IMG/VR virus record: IMGVR_UViG_3300025723_000143
Span: 1 to 26,847 of that record
Strand: one strand, 5' to 3'
From: a virus
Taxonomy: Duplodnaviria; Caudoviricetes
Length of the DNA stretch: 26,847 nt
The position numbers and the translations under genes were made by a program. Of the stretch, positions 9,562 to 18,513 are shown piece after piece. Positions within the stretch are counted from its first letter, which is position 1, and the number at the start of each line of letters is the position of its first letter. The notes under the pieces are model-generated. The model did not search any database, was not told where the DNA came from, and saw only the letters and a list, made by a program, of their open reading frames with translations.

Positions 9562-11201
9562 CAGAAATTTAGACCGAAAACAGAACCAAAGGTCGAAGTT
9601 CCATCTTGGTAGAAATTAAAGATGTCATATTTACCGTTAGCAGATGTTGAAGTGGGTGTTGTTCCACCCGCCCATTTTAAAGTACCGCCACCCGCCCAGG
9701 TCAATGAAAAAGAACCTGAGTAAGTCACAATGATGGTAAACGATTTGCCAGCCACGCTAGATGGCAATGTGAGTGTTCCATTGGCATTCAATGAAAATTG
9801 CTGTACTGTGCCGTTGGCGAGTGAAATAGTAAATGCTGATCCAGCTGCTGGAGCATAGAGCGTTTCAACATAGTTTGTAACTGTTGGATTTGTCAGCGTC
9901 TTGTTTGTTAGCGTTTCTGAACCTGCCAATGTGGCCAATGTGCCTGTTGTAGGCAAGGTAACGTTGGTGCTCGCTGTTACTGTCAGCGTGGTAGTGAATG
10001 CGCCTGAAGTAGTAAATGAACCACCCAAAGTAATGGTGTTTGATCCATTGTTTACGCCAGTACCACCACCAGTTCCAGTTAGTATTCCCCAAGAAGGTGC
10101 AGCACTCGAACCGCCAGATAAAACGGTTTGGCCAGAAGTTCCAAATCCTGTTGTTCCAGATAAGGCAGGAGTTGTTCCTAAGTTAGTCGAAAAGCCCAAT
10201 GCGCCAGTTGCATTAACAACGTGAGCAGATTGCCCTGTTGTTCCCCAAGCAATGTATGTTTTAAATCCATTACCCGATCCAACTGTTATATCGCCATCAT
10301 GGCCCGAAAAATAAATATTGTTATTTATTGAAAAGAAATCAGATGGAGTGGAAGCGCTAAAAACGGAACTGTTCATCCCAAACTCACCATAATAAGATGA
10401 ATCAGTTCCAGAATCGTTTGACAAAACGTAATTGGTAGAAGCGCCAGCAGTAGCGCTCTTGTTTTGCATGACAAACTGCAAGTAACTACCTGAAACCGTT
10501 GCTCCAGCCGCTATTGGGCTATTGGAAGCATTGAATGAAAGTACGGGAGTTGTACTTGTAAAACTGTTTGTTTGGATGTTTGCAAATGTGGGGTTTGTGG
10601 CCAATGCAACAACAGTTCCAGAACCTGTGGTTGTATAAGACGTACCCCAAGCAGTACCAGTTGAATTTGCTATACCAGCGCTTGGATAAACCATGCTCGC
10701 AATACCGCTATAGCCTGATATACCGCTATAACCTGAGTATCCTGAAATGCCACTATAGCCTGATGTTCCAATACCCGAATATCCAGAATATCCAGAGTAT
10801 CCGCTGATACCTGAGAATCCGCTAAATCCAGAAACGCCTAAACCTTTGAAGTTTCCATTTATATCGGTAACACCATCTGTTGACCAAGTATCGCCTACTT
10901 GCAAGGTAACTTTGGCAAGGTTTCTTAAGGTGCCATTGTTGTTCAAAGTAACAGTAATCGTAACGGCAGCAGTATCTTTGTTTTGAATGAAGATGGATTT
11001 GATCAGCCGTTTTGTTAATGCAGCAGGAGCAGAAACCAAAGTAACTTGACTTGTCCCGTTCAAAGCGCCATCGCTTGAACCTTCAGTAAATGATGATCCA
11101 GTATCGTCCGAGTAAGCTGTTACAAAATCTGGGTTTGTGGTGGCCGCCGCCCCTGACATGGCAACAGTAATTGATTTAAGAATTGAGTCTAGAACTAACA
11201 T
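9561..11201 (-). CDS. Tail fibre protein with Gly-X-Ser repeat
   Basis: ATG at 11201 with AAGGA RBS (preferred to 11228); G/S/T-rich; GxS tract; 'TLTNKTLT' motif; C-terminal 'W.GG..PT....DI..F..DG...FG' fibre-tip domain. Confidence 0.85.
   Translation of the reverse strand: MLVLDSILKSITVAMSGAAATTNPDFVTAYSDDTGSSFTEGSSDGALNGTSQVTLVSAPAALTKRLIKSIFIQNKDTAAVTITVTLNNNGTLRNLAKVTLQVGDTWSTDGVTDINGNFKGLGVSGFSGFSGISGYSGYSGYSGIGTSGYSGISGYSGYSGISGYSGIASMVYPSAGIANSTGTAWGTSYTTTGSGTVVALATNPTFANIQTNSFTSTTPVLSFNASNSPIAAGATVSGSYLQFVMQNKSATAGASTNYVLSNDSGTDSSYYGEFGMNSSVFSASTPSDFFSINNNIYFSGHDGDITVGSGNGFKTYIAWGTTGQSAHVVNATGALGFSTNLGTTPALSGTTGFGTSGQTVLSGGSSAAPSWGILTGTGGGTGVNNGSNTITLGGSFTTSGAFTTTLTVTASTNVTLPTTGTLATLAGSETLTNKTLTNPTVTNYVETLYAPAAGSAFTISLANGTVQQFSLNANGTLTLPSSVAGKSFTIIVTYSGSFSLTWAGGGTLKWAGGTTPTSTSANGKYDIFNFYQDGTSTFGSVFGLNF
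10704..10844 (-). repeat. Coding (Gly-X-Ser)n repeat, copy in middle fibre
   Basis: Translates as GLGVSGFSGFSGISGYSGYSGYSGIGTSGYSGISGYSGYSGISGYSG. Confidence 0.9.
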
Positions 11202-11209
11202 GGTTTTCC

Positions 11210-12115
11210 TTATTTTGAAATAAACCAAGCATACGCATAAGCAGAAGGACTTGACCCACCACCGCCTGAAGAATTAATGGTTACAGCACCTAATCCGCTT
11301 GAAGGTGATATTGTAATATTAGTTCCAGCAATAATCTGTGAAACTGATCCCGTAGCTCCCGAATAACCCGATATACCAGAATAACCCGAATATCCGCTTG
11401 TTCCTTGAGCGCCACTATAACCTGAATATCCACTTACACCTGATCCGCTGTAGCCAGAATACCCACTTATTCCAGAGCCAGAATAACCTGAAATCCCTGA
11501 ATAACCACTAATGCCAGACCACCCAGAGATACCCGAATATCCTGAATAACCAGAATAACCAGCGCCAGATACTCCGCTGTACCCCGAATAACCAGATATA
11601 CCCGAACCGCTATAACCCGAATATCCACTAATACCAGAATAGCCTGAATAACCGCTTATTCCAGAACCAGAGTATCCCGAATAGCCACTCAAACCTAGAC
11701 CGCTATACCCAGAATATCCTGATGTACCACTTCCTGAAAAGCCACTATTACCAGAATATCCAGAATAGCCTGAAATACCAGAAACACCAGGTGCAACCCA
11801 ACTAGCAGGAGCCGACCAAGTAAACGTAGACCCAGTCTTACTGTTAACAAACGTAATGGAAGCCCATACAACGTTTGTAGGCGTTACAGGGGGTACTGTT
11901 GTCCATCCAGTAGGAGGCGTTCCTACGTTGGTTGTAAAGTTCCAAGAGCCACCAGTTGGGGTCGCTGGAGCGGTAGCACTTTCTTTGAAGATAAACCACT
12001 CAAAATAAGTGCCACCATAAGGAACCGAATTGCCATAAAGACCAACCGATTCCGTGCCTGGCTGGGCAACCAACGTACCACTAAGACTTGAACCGTATAA
12101 GCCACCTGTTGCCAT
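11210..12115 (-). CDS. Collagen-like (Gly-Tyr/Ile-Ser repeat) fibre protein
   Basis: 301 aa, about half of it GYS/GIS triplets; N-terminal P/T/W-rich domain; C-terminal 'VSQIIAGTNITISP' motif; AGGTGA RBS; follows the adaptor gene. Confidence 0.85.
   Translation of the reverse strand: MATGGLYGSSLSGTLVAQPGTESVGLYGNSVPYGGTYFEWFIFKESATAPATPTGGSWNFTTNVGTPPTGWTTVPPVTPTNVVWASITFVNSKTGSTFTWSAPASWVAPGVSGISGYSGYSGNSGFSGSGTSGYSGYSGLGLSGYSGYSGSGISGYSGYSGISGYSGYSGSGISGYSGYSGVSGAGYSGYSGYSGISGWSGISGYSGISGYSGSGISGYSGYSGSGVSGYSGYSGAQGTSGYSGYSGISGYSGATGSVSQIIAGTNITISPSSGLGAVTINSSGGGGSSPSAYAYAWFISK
11348..11788 (-). repeat. Long coding (Gly-X-Ser)n repeat
   Basis: About 147 codons of GYS/GIS/GVS triplets with recurring two-residue (GS, GL, GA) interruptions; synonymous codons vary, so the DNA repeat is degenerate. 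Confidence 0.95.
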
Positions 12116-12118
12116 AGA

Positions 12119-13108
12119 TCACCTAAAACTGTAACGATAGTCACGGGGCTGAAACTCAGATGTGAGGTGTTGGTCGCCACCTCTCCATTTATCACGGAAG
12201 TTCTGGTCTTCAATCAAACCATAAGCTTCGTCAAAACGTGCTCTCCATTTTTCAGCTTCTGAAGAATTCTTGTTTTTATCGTAATACGCTTCCAAGGTGC
12301 CATAAAGATAGCCTTCAGGGAATGTGGCCAAAACAGCATTGTTTTGAACAATAGGATTCAATGAATCTGATGTTGGGCTGAAAAGGAAAGGAAAGGTCTT
12401 TTGGTAGTAAGCAAGAATCTGCACACTAGCCCCTGGATTGGGCGTAAAGACGTAGTTAGGGCCGACTTCTGAAAATGATGCACGAATTACCCTTGGTACA
12501 CCAAAGGGCTTGACGTAGAGCTGGTCAATCATCTTTCTGCGGATGATCTCTCTGTCTCCAACCCTGTCATAGATAATCCAAGGACCAAACCCTGAAGCAA
12601 CACTACCAGGATCAACAGATGAGCTTGGCGTTTGTTGGAAAAACAAAATAGGCCAATTCATGTCGGCAGGAATAGGTGCCAAACCCTGTGAATCCGTGGT
12701 TACATAGGAAGGTGATGTTGGGTCGTAAGGGTTAGAACGCAAAGCAGGCAACTCAACAGTTCTCATCTTAAGTTCAGCCAATTGAATGGAGTTTTGAATC
12801 TCAAGAATGGACTGGGTAGGAAGCTTAAGGATGGCTGTAGGGTAGGTAGCGCCACTCCAAATCAAGTCAGGGTCATTAACAGTAATGCTAGATGATCCGA
12901 CTGAAGTTACTACTGTGAAAGGATAGGTTAAATTAAACCCAACAAAATCCCCTACATTAAGAATGCCAACCAATGATGATGCGGTTGCAATAACACCAGA
13001 GGAAGAAGTGTAAGATGATGCGTTTACGCTAGTGGATGATGCTATGGCTCCTACCCAAGATGCTACACGGCTTACAAGAGTATTAGCAGATTGGATGAAT
13101 TGAGCCAT
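12119..13108 (-). CDS. Head-tail adaptor protein
   Basis: N-terminal 'L...VASW', 'IQLAE', 'P.D', C-terminal 'P.GYLYG.L..Y...K....W...F..A' pattern of podovirus adaptors; position after capsid; AAGGA RBS. Confidence 0.65.
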   Translation of the reverse strand: MAQFIQSANTLVSRVASWVGAIASSTSVNASSYTSSSGVIATASSLVGILNVGDFVGFNLTYPFTVVTSVGSSSITVNDPDLIWSGATYPTAILKLPTQSILEIQNSIQLAELKMRTVELPALRSNPYDPTSPSYVTTDSQGLAPIPADMNWPILFFQQTPSSSVDPGSVASGFGPWIIYDRVGDREIIRRKMIDQLYVKPFGVPRVIRASFSEVGPNYVFTPNPGASVQILAYYQKTFPFLFSPTSDSLNPIVQNNAVLATFPEGYLYGTLEAYYDKNKNSSEAEKWRARFDEAYGLIEDQNFRDKWRGGDQHLTSEFQPRDYRYSFR

Positions 13109-13117
13109 TGAAAATCC

Positions 13118-13615
13118 TTAACGGGTCGGAATGCTTGGATTATACGGTAGTGGTATCTTTCCGCTAGGGTGGCAAACGAAATCTGAATAGTATTCGTTGA
13201 CAATAGCATAGAAAAGAATCTTGTCTTTTTTGTCCCTTTTAATCAACTCCCAAGGCCGATTGTTAAAGTACTTGGATTCAATTTCGTGAGCAAAGCATTT
13301 GGGTAGCTCCATTGCATGAAACGTACCAGCAAAGAAGGGATTGTCTGTGCCGTGAATGGCGTAAAACTCTCTCTTTTGCTTGCAGTCAGCCTTGATGGCA
13401 TCTACGTTGTGCTGCGTATATTGGACATATCGCTCGCCATCAATAGCCCCAACTTTGTAATCTAGGTTAGCTGTATTGAATGTTTGCGACCAAGTACCCG
13501 ATTTTACTTCATTGAACAGTTTGTCATTCTGACGGAATACACCATCAAAACCAGCTTCCAGATTACCTTTTAAATAATAGTCTTCGCTGATTTCATCTGT
13601 TTCATACTTTTCCAT
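13118..13615 (-). CDS. Hypothetical morphogenesis protein
   Basis: 165 aa, AAAGGAG RBS, lies between capsid and adaptor. Confidence 0.75.
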   Translation of the reverse strand: MEKYETDEISEDYYLKGNLEAGFDGVFRQNDKLFNEVKSGTWSQTFNTANLDYKVGAIDGERYVQYTQHNVDAIKADCKQKREFYAIHGTDNPFFAGTFHAMELPKCFAHEIESKYFNNRPWELIKRDKKDKILFYAIVNEYYSDFVCHPSGKIPLPYNPSIPTR

Positions 13616-13620
13616 GCGTT

Positions 13621-13668
13621 AGCTCCTTTCCAAAGAAGGCCCGTGAGGACCCTCTTCAGAAACTAGCT
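13621..13668 (-). promoter_or_regulatory. Long RNA hairpin after the capsid stop codon that covers the next RBS
   Basis: Minus strand AGCT-AG-TTTCTGAAGAGGGTCC-TCAC-GGGCCTTCTTTGGAAA-GG-AGCT: 16-bp stem including G-U pairs plus a 4-bp outer stem. Confidence 0.65.
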
Positions 13669-14843
13669 TATGCTAGATAACGCTTCACCTGTGTAGATGC
13701 ACGGGCAGCGGTAACTGCTGCGCCTGTGGGGCTAACAGCGGCCAAAACTGCCACACCAGCTGGGTTACGCACAATCAATGTGCCTTCCATGATGTACTGG
13801 TCCAAAGAAGCGTCAGCGTTCGAGAACACTTCGTTATTTGGGCCAAGCTCACGGAGTGAACCCCATTGAACCACATCAGGATTCAAGAACAACACAGAAG
13901 TATTGTCTGAACCTGTTTGGTCCATAATCCAGTCGTCGTCGATCTGGTATGTGTAGTTAAAGTCACCTTCGTAGGTACCGATGGTATCGCCTTTGTCAGC
14001 AGGATTGAACCTGTTGATAGAACGGCTTGTGGGCAAAGTATCAGAAATATGGGTTCTCATTGAAGTGGGAACAACCATGTTAGTGATCTTAGCGTTGAAG
14101 CGCTGCTCAGCAGTAGTCACCAATTGTTTGTACAAGAAGGGGCTGAATTGCTGAAGAGTCACACCAGAAGCACTTGCGGTAAAGCTGAAGTAGCCCAAAC
14201 CAGCGTTAGCCAATGTACCGTTGAAAGGAGTGTTAGTGCTAACACCGCTTGTAACGTCATTGCTATCAGAAGTTGCTAGGTTGAGAACGTCTACACCGCT
14301 TAGACCGTTACCAGAACGTGTACCAGCGAAGGCAAACAATGAACCGAATCTACGGCCAGAGTTAACGCCAGAAGAACCAGAAGGTTGTGTACCTGCTTGA
14401 CCAGCGTACTTGATAGAAGCGCCGTCAGCACGAACCATCTGCAACTCAACGTCAAACATGATCTCAGTCAATTGCTTGACTTCTTGATATGCCTGGGGAT
14501 CACCACCAGCTTGCTCAACAGCACGGGCAGTACCTGTAGCGCCAATCACAGTTGTGAAAATCTGTGAATAGTTACCCAAGTTAGAACGTGTGTTAGAAGC
14601 GGCAGTTGATGAATCAACAGATGCGCCTTCCAACTTAGCATTCAAGCCAGGCTGACGGAAATAGTCATTTGGCCAAATGTGCAAAGTTGAATTGATTTTA
14701 CGTTTTTTAGACATAGCCATGTTGGTAACAGGCGTGCGGTCTTTAACGTAGTTAGAAACAGTTAAGTCCAAATCCTTGACAACGATGTCAGTAGCATAGC
14801 TACCGTTACCATTACCAAGGGATGTTGATGTGATTGTTGACAT
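13668..14843 (-). CDS. Major capsid protein (HK97 fold, SU10-like)
   Basis: 391 aa, TAGGAG RBS; 'NA.LEG', 'N.SQIF', 'GT.RAV..AG....YQ..K...E...DVE', 'EGTL.VRNP' pattern; follows scaffold. Confidence 0.9.
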   Translation of the reverse strand: MSTITSTSLGNGNGSYATDIVVKDLDLTVSNYVKDRTPVTNMAMSKKRKINSTLHIWPNDYFRQPGLNAKLEGASVDSSTAASNTRSNLGNYSQIFTTVIGATGTARAVEQAGGDPQAYQEVKQLTEIMFDVELQMVRADGASIKYAGQAGTQPSGSSGVNSGRRFGSLFAFAGTRSGNGLSGVDVLNLATSDSNDVTSGVSTNTPFNGTLANAGLGYFSFTASASGVTLQQFSPFLYKQLVTTAEQRFNAKITNMVVPTSMRTHISDTLPTSRSINRFNPADKGDTIGTYEGDFNYTYQIDDDWIMDQTGSDNTSVLFLNPDVVQWGSLRELGPNNEVFSNADASLDQYIMEGTLIVRNPAGVAVLAAVSPTGAAVTAARASTQVKRYLA

Positions 14844-14859
14844 TTAAATACTCCTAAAG

Positions 14860-15972
14860 TTACTTACGTCTGTTTTTGTTTGACGCAAGCATGGTTGCTA
14901 ATAAGTCCCTAGTCGCTCCCTTGTCGCCTTTTTGAGCGCGTTTTTGAAGTTCTTCAGTTGGATCGGGCATGGTTGTTTTGCCTTTAGCAGTTACTTTACC
15001 TGCTGCCGCCAATGAACCACCTGCATTTTTCACTTTAGGACCCTCACGGAACTTATAACCATCCCGAATAAGTGATAAAAGTTGCTCATCGCTCGATACC
15101 AAATCAATATTCGGTATTCCAGGGATGGCTGCTAGGTTTGCACCTTTCCAATCCTTGGCTATCTTTTCACGAAGATCGTTAAAGTTAGCCTTGTTGGCCA
15201 ATTCCTTATCTGTAAAGTTCTGCCTATTTTGCTCAATCATTGAGCGAACATATTCAGTTCTTTGCTGATAAAACTGTTCAACTTTAGGACGATTCGCTTG
15301 AATGAACTGGGACTTTTCCTCGATCAACCTTTTGTTCTGAGCAATCGCTGCTTGCGCCTCAGATTGTTGAGCAGGTGTTGCCGCCTCTGACAGGATTTGC
15401 GCCCATTTCTGGTTGTATTGCTGAAGGGTTATCAACTCATCCGCTGCCGTTTGCAGTTGTGGAGCAATTGTTAACTCTAAACCAATTTGCAATCCGTCTA
15501 ATTCAGACCTACGTTTCGCTTCATACTCTTCAAAATCAGCCCGTTCGGCTTTCAGTTTGCGAGAATTTTCATCCAAAGCACTTGTTTGACCAAGAAGCGT
15601 GGCCGCCTTCTTTGCAGTTAATTCAACAAAACCGCCTTCAGCGTTCTTATTGGGTATCTTAAACTTCAAATCAGGGTTTTCATCAGCAAATTCAAAGAAG
15701 TTAACAGTTGAATTATCTCCTTCGGAGGATTCTTCTGCCACTTCTTCATCTGTTGGCTCTTCAGTCTCACTTACGCTTTCTTCAGGTTCGCTTCCATCTT
15801 CAGGTTGCGCCTGTGGGGATTCGGATTTCTCCTCCTCTTGTCCACCTGGAGGTGGGTTACTACCATTGGGTTGAGGATTGTTCCGTCTGTTGACGGCAAT
15901 CATCTCAGCTATGGTTGCAACTGGGTCTCCAGTTTGTTGGGTTCCGTTCTCTGTTGAGGTTACGTCTACCAT
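14860..15972 (-). CDS. Capsid scaffolding protein
   Basis: Very acidic disordered N-terminus, coiled-coil middle, basic C-terminus; lies immediately upstream of capsid. Confidence 0.8.
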   Translation of the reverse strand: MVDVTSTENGTQQTGDPVATIAEMIAVNRRNNPQPNGSNPPPGGQEEEKSESPQAQPEDGSEPEESVSETEEPTDEEVAEESSEGDNSTVNFFEFADENPDLKFKIPNKNAEGGFVELTAKKAATLLGQTSALDENSRKLKAERADFEEYEAKRRSELDGLQIGLELTIAPQLQTAADELITLQQYNQKWAQILSEAATPAQQSEAQAAIAQNKRLIEEKSQFIQANRPKVEQFYQQRTEYVRSMIEQNRQNFTDKELANKANFNDLREKIAKDWKGANLAAIPGIPNIDLVSSDEQLLSLIRDGYKFREGPKVKNAGGSLAAAGKVTAKGKTTMPDPTEELQKRAQKGDKGATRDLLATMLASNKNRRK

Positions 15973-15998
15973 AAGTTTATCCTATTCTTTAATAAATG

Positions 15999-16319
15999 TT
16001 AATTCTTTTCTATCTTAGACTGAACGCCTTTGGATAGAAATACTGTTAGTTCAATGAAATCGATCATATCTCGAGCGCCAGATATGTAATGTGAGTTAGT
16101 TATCCTTTCGGCATCACTTTTTGAATCTTCAAGTCTCTCCAACAGATTGAATCTGTATAGATTGAACATCAATGCAAAATCGGTGTTTTTTAAAAGCCTT
16201 TGAGCACATTCCCCGTTATCAATAAATTGAATTTGTTTTTCAGGGTTTGTGCTTTTGGCGTCTGAATACTTGGTTCGCTTATTAAAGTAACCTGTGACGT
16301 TTTCTAGTAGACTTTTCAT
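15999..16319 (-). CDS. Small helical protein between portal and scaffold
   Basis: 106 aa, AAGGAAG RBS, position typical of podovirus head modules. Confidence 0.7.
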   Translation of the reverse strand: MKSLLENVTGYFNKRTKYSDAKSTNPEKQIQFIDNGECAQRLLKNTDFALMFNLYRFNLLERLEDSKSDAERITNSHYISGARDMIDFIELTVFLSKGVQSKIEKN

Positions 16320-16328
16320 TTACTTCCT

Positions 16329-18512
16329 TTAATCAATCTGTACAGCCCTTAGTTTGTCCCTTGATGCTGCCAATGCTTCAAACATGTTGTCAGTATCGAT
16401 GTCTTCTGTTTTCTTCTTAATGAACTGAGTGTTCATCATGGTTTCTTGAGCCTTGGCTTTGTTCATTTCCATCTTAGATGTTTCAACTTGGTCGGCAATT
16501 GCTGGCGGTTGTTGTGCCTTGGCTTGCATGACTTGCGTCCATTCTTGCAGGGTCGGCAAATAAGAATCTAAATGCTTAATACCCAAGACGCGCAATGTCT
16601 CTTCGTAAGGCAGTCTTAGCTTACTGAACATTTCAGGCAAATTGGGTGGAACTTGCATCATGGCTTGACCAAACTGCTGTTGAGCAGCGGTAATCAATTG
16701 TTGGCGAGTCAGGCGGTTTTCTTCGCTCATAAACCCCATAGCCAAATCCAAACTGATCATTTTGCGGTCGATAAATTGGTAGCTCTCAACGGCTTGGGCA
16801 TCAAGGAACCCACCAGCATCTTCAGCGCAGACATGGGCCAATTGCTGGATGTTGTAGTCATCAGCATATTGAATCATGGTCTTCCAAACCAAATAAATAA
16901 CGTCTTTCAAACCAATGGCACAATTCTTGACCATTTCATCTTGGATCAATTGGTTCGGACCCATAGCAGTCTGAAGCTTAAACCCACTATTTCCGTCTTT
17001 CATAACTTCAGGGTTTAACGTGTCCCCAGGTGAAGTCATGCCAATTAACGCCATCTTCTCAGCATCAAATCGCTCCATAGAAGATTGGACGTAAGCCAGA
17101 TTACCTTGAAGCGGTGCAAACTCAAATACATGCTTATTAGGATCAAACTTACGATCCAAAATAAACATGGCAGACACGCCACGCTGAACTTCTTCGGCAT
17201 CTAAAAATTCGGGATTAACGCCAATCCTTGGGGTGCTGGCCTGAAGAGCAAAGGCCAATTCAGCCCTGCGGATTGAGGTTGCGTACTCCTGAAGGGGAAC
17301 CATGCGCTCGCCCAAAGAGTAACCAAAAAAGTTACCAACAATGGGTTTGGGGTTCATGTTAGCAAGGGGAATAAAATCGACTTCCTTGCAGTAAATAATA
17401 TAAGACCCCGAATAACACAATTCAATGATCTCTTCTTCCCCGTCACCGTCAACGTCTTTACGCATCCATGCTGTGGTTAGCATCACCACACGGGAGTATC
17501 TATCAGCGCCCTGAGAGGCGATAACGCCTTGGCCTGGTACAGGTGTAGAGTCGCGGGCATGGAGCGCTAGATCGTTCTCTAAAGCGCCCGCCTGATAGGC
17601 TCCAGCAGGACCGTAAGCAGCGTGATCGGCAAACTTTTCTAGATCAATGTAAGGATAAAGGACTTTGGCTTCATGGATCGTCATTGGATCATAGAAGCCG
17701 ATAAAGTCTTGATCAGCAATCTTAGGAACTGTGGGGTTGCAAACAAAATAATGTTGAGCAACGTGTTTGATTTTGATGTTGGTTGAGTAACCTGTCAGCT
17801 TATATTTTGCACGGTAAATATAATTGTTCTTGATGGCTTCGTTCATCTCATCAGCTTGGGATTCTGGCTCTTCGCCTTCTTCTTCTTGCTGTGGAGGATT
17901 CATCATTTCTTGCATTGCGCCTTGCAAATTAACGTCAATGCGTTTCATATTCTGGCGTTTATAAGAAAGACCCTTATCTGCTAAGGTTATTTCAAACGAT
18001 CTCAATTGGTCTTTGGTGCCTTCAACTTCCTTGTACATCGTGATGGGTTCACGGATAGGCATAACCATCACAATGCCGTTTTTATGGAGCAAAGAATCCT
18101 GTGCCCAATCCCTGATAATTGCGTAGGCATCATTCTTATCATTGATAAAATACTTCACCATGTCCGTAGCTTGGGAACAAGCCATCGCATCGGCTTCGCT
18201 AAAGCGTCCAAACTCAAAGTTAACTTCACCGTCAGGCATCAAGCACTTGGTGATAATGGCGGTAGCGTAGTCAATAGCAGGGGTAACGATAGGCGCAATG
18301 TAATCAATTCCACGAACAGGCTCAGTAGAATTGGCAACAGGAATTTGTAAATAGTGGTAATCAGTAAAACGATTGTATGTATTCTTGCCTTGAGTAAGTC
18401 TTAAGTAGTCAACCATCTTAACGTAGACTTCGTGGGCAACTTGTTCAACAATACCCCGATGACCCGTGGGGGATGCAAGATTGATAACGACTACGTTTTG
18501 TTTGTCTAACAT
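16329..18512 (-). CDS. Portal protein (P22-like, long coiled-coil C-terminus)
   Basis: 727 aa directly after terL; 'DSLLHKNGIV', 'D.DGDG.EE', 'P...FFG.S..E...PLQ', Q-rich helical barrel-like tail. Confidence 0.9.
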   Translation of the reverse strand: MLDKQNVVVINLASPTGHRGIVEQVAHEVYVKMVDYLRLTQGKNTYNRFTDYHYLQIPVANSTEPVRGIDYIAPIVTPAIDYATAIITKCLMPDGEVNFEFGRFSEADAMACSQATDMVKYFINDKNDAYAIIRDWAQDSLLHKNGIVMVMPIREPITMYKEVEGTKDQLRSFEITLADKGLSYKRQNMKRIDVNLQGAMQEMMNPPQQEEEGEEPESQADEMNEAIKNNYIYRAKYKLTGYSTNIKIKHVAQHYFVCNPTVPKIADQDFIGFYDPMTIHEAKVLYPYIDLEKFADHAAYGPAGAYQAGALENDLALHARDSTPVPGQGVIASQGADRYSRVVMLTTAWMRKDVDGDGEEEIIELCYSGSYIIYCKEVDFIPLANMNPKPIVGNFFGYSLGERMVPLQEYATSIRRAELAFALQASTPRIGVNPEFLDAEEVQRGVSAMFILDRKFDPNKHVFEFAPLQGNLAYVQSSMERFDAEKMALIGMTSPGDTLNPEVMKDGNSGFKLQTAMGPNQLIQDEMVKNCAIGLKDVIYLVWKTMIQYADDYNIQQLAHVCAEDAGGFLDAQAVESYQFIDRKMISLDLAMGFMSEENRLTRQQLITAAQQQFGQAMMQVPPNLPEMFSKLRLPYEETLRVLGIKHLDSYLPTLQEWTQVMQAKAQQPPAIADQVETSKMEMNKAKAQETMMNTQFIKKKTEDIDTDNMFEALAASRDKLRAVQID

Positions 18513-18513
18513 G

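Noticed and set aside
11348-11788. CRISPR array or non-coding tandem repeat
   Set aside because: The periodicity is 9 nt with synonymous variation inside an open frame; there are no constant repeats with unique spacers.
536-12115. Diversity-generating retroelement acting on the fibre genes
   Set aside because: No reverse transcriptase and no template/variable repeat pair differing at adenines was seen in the window.
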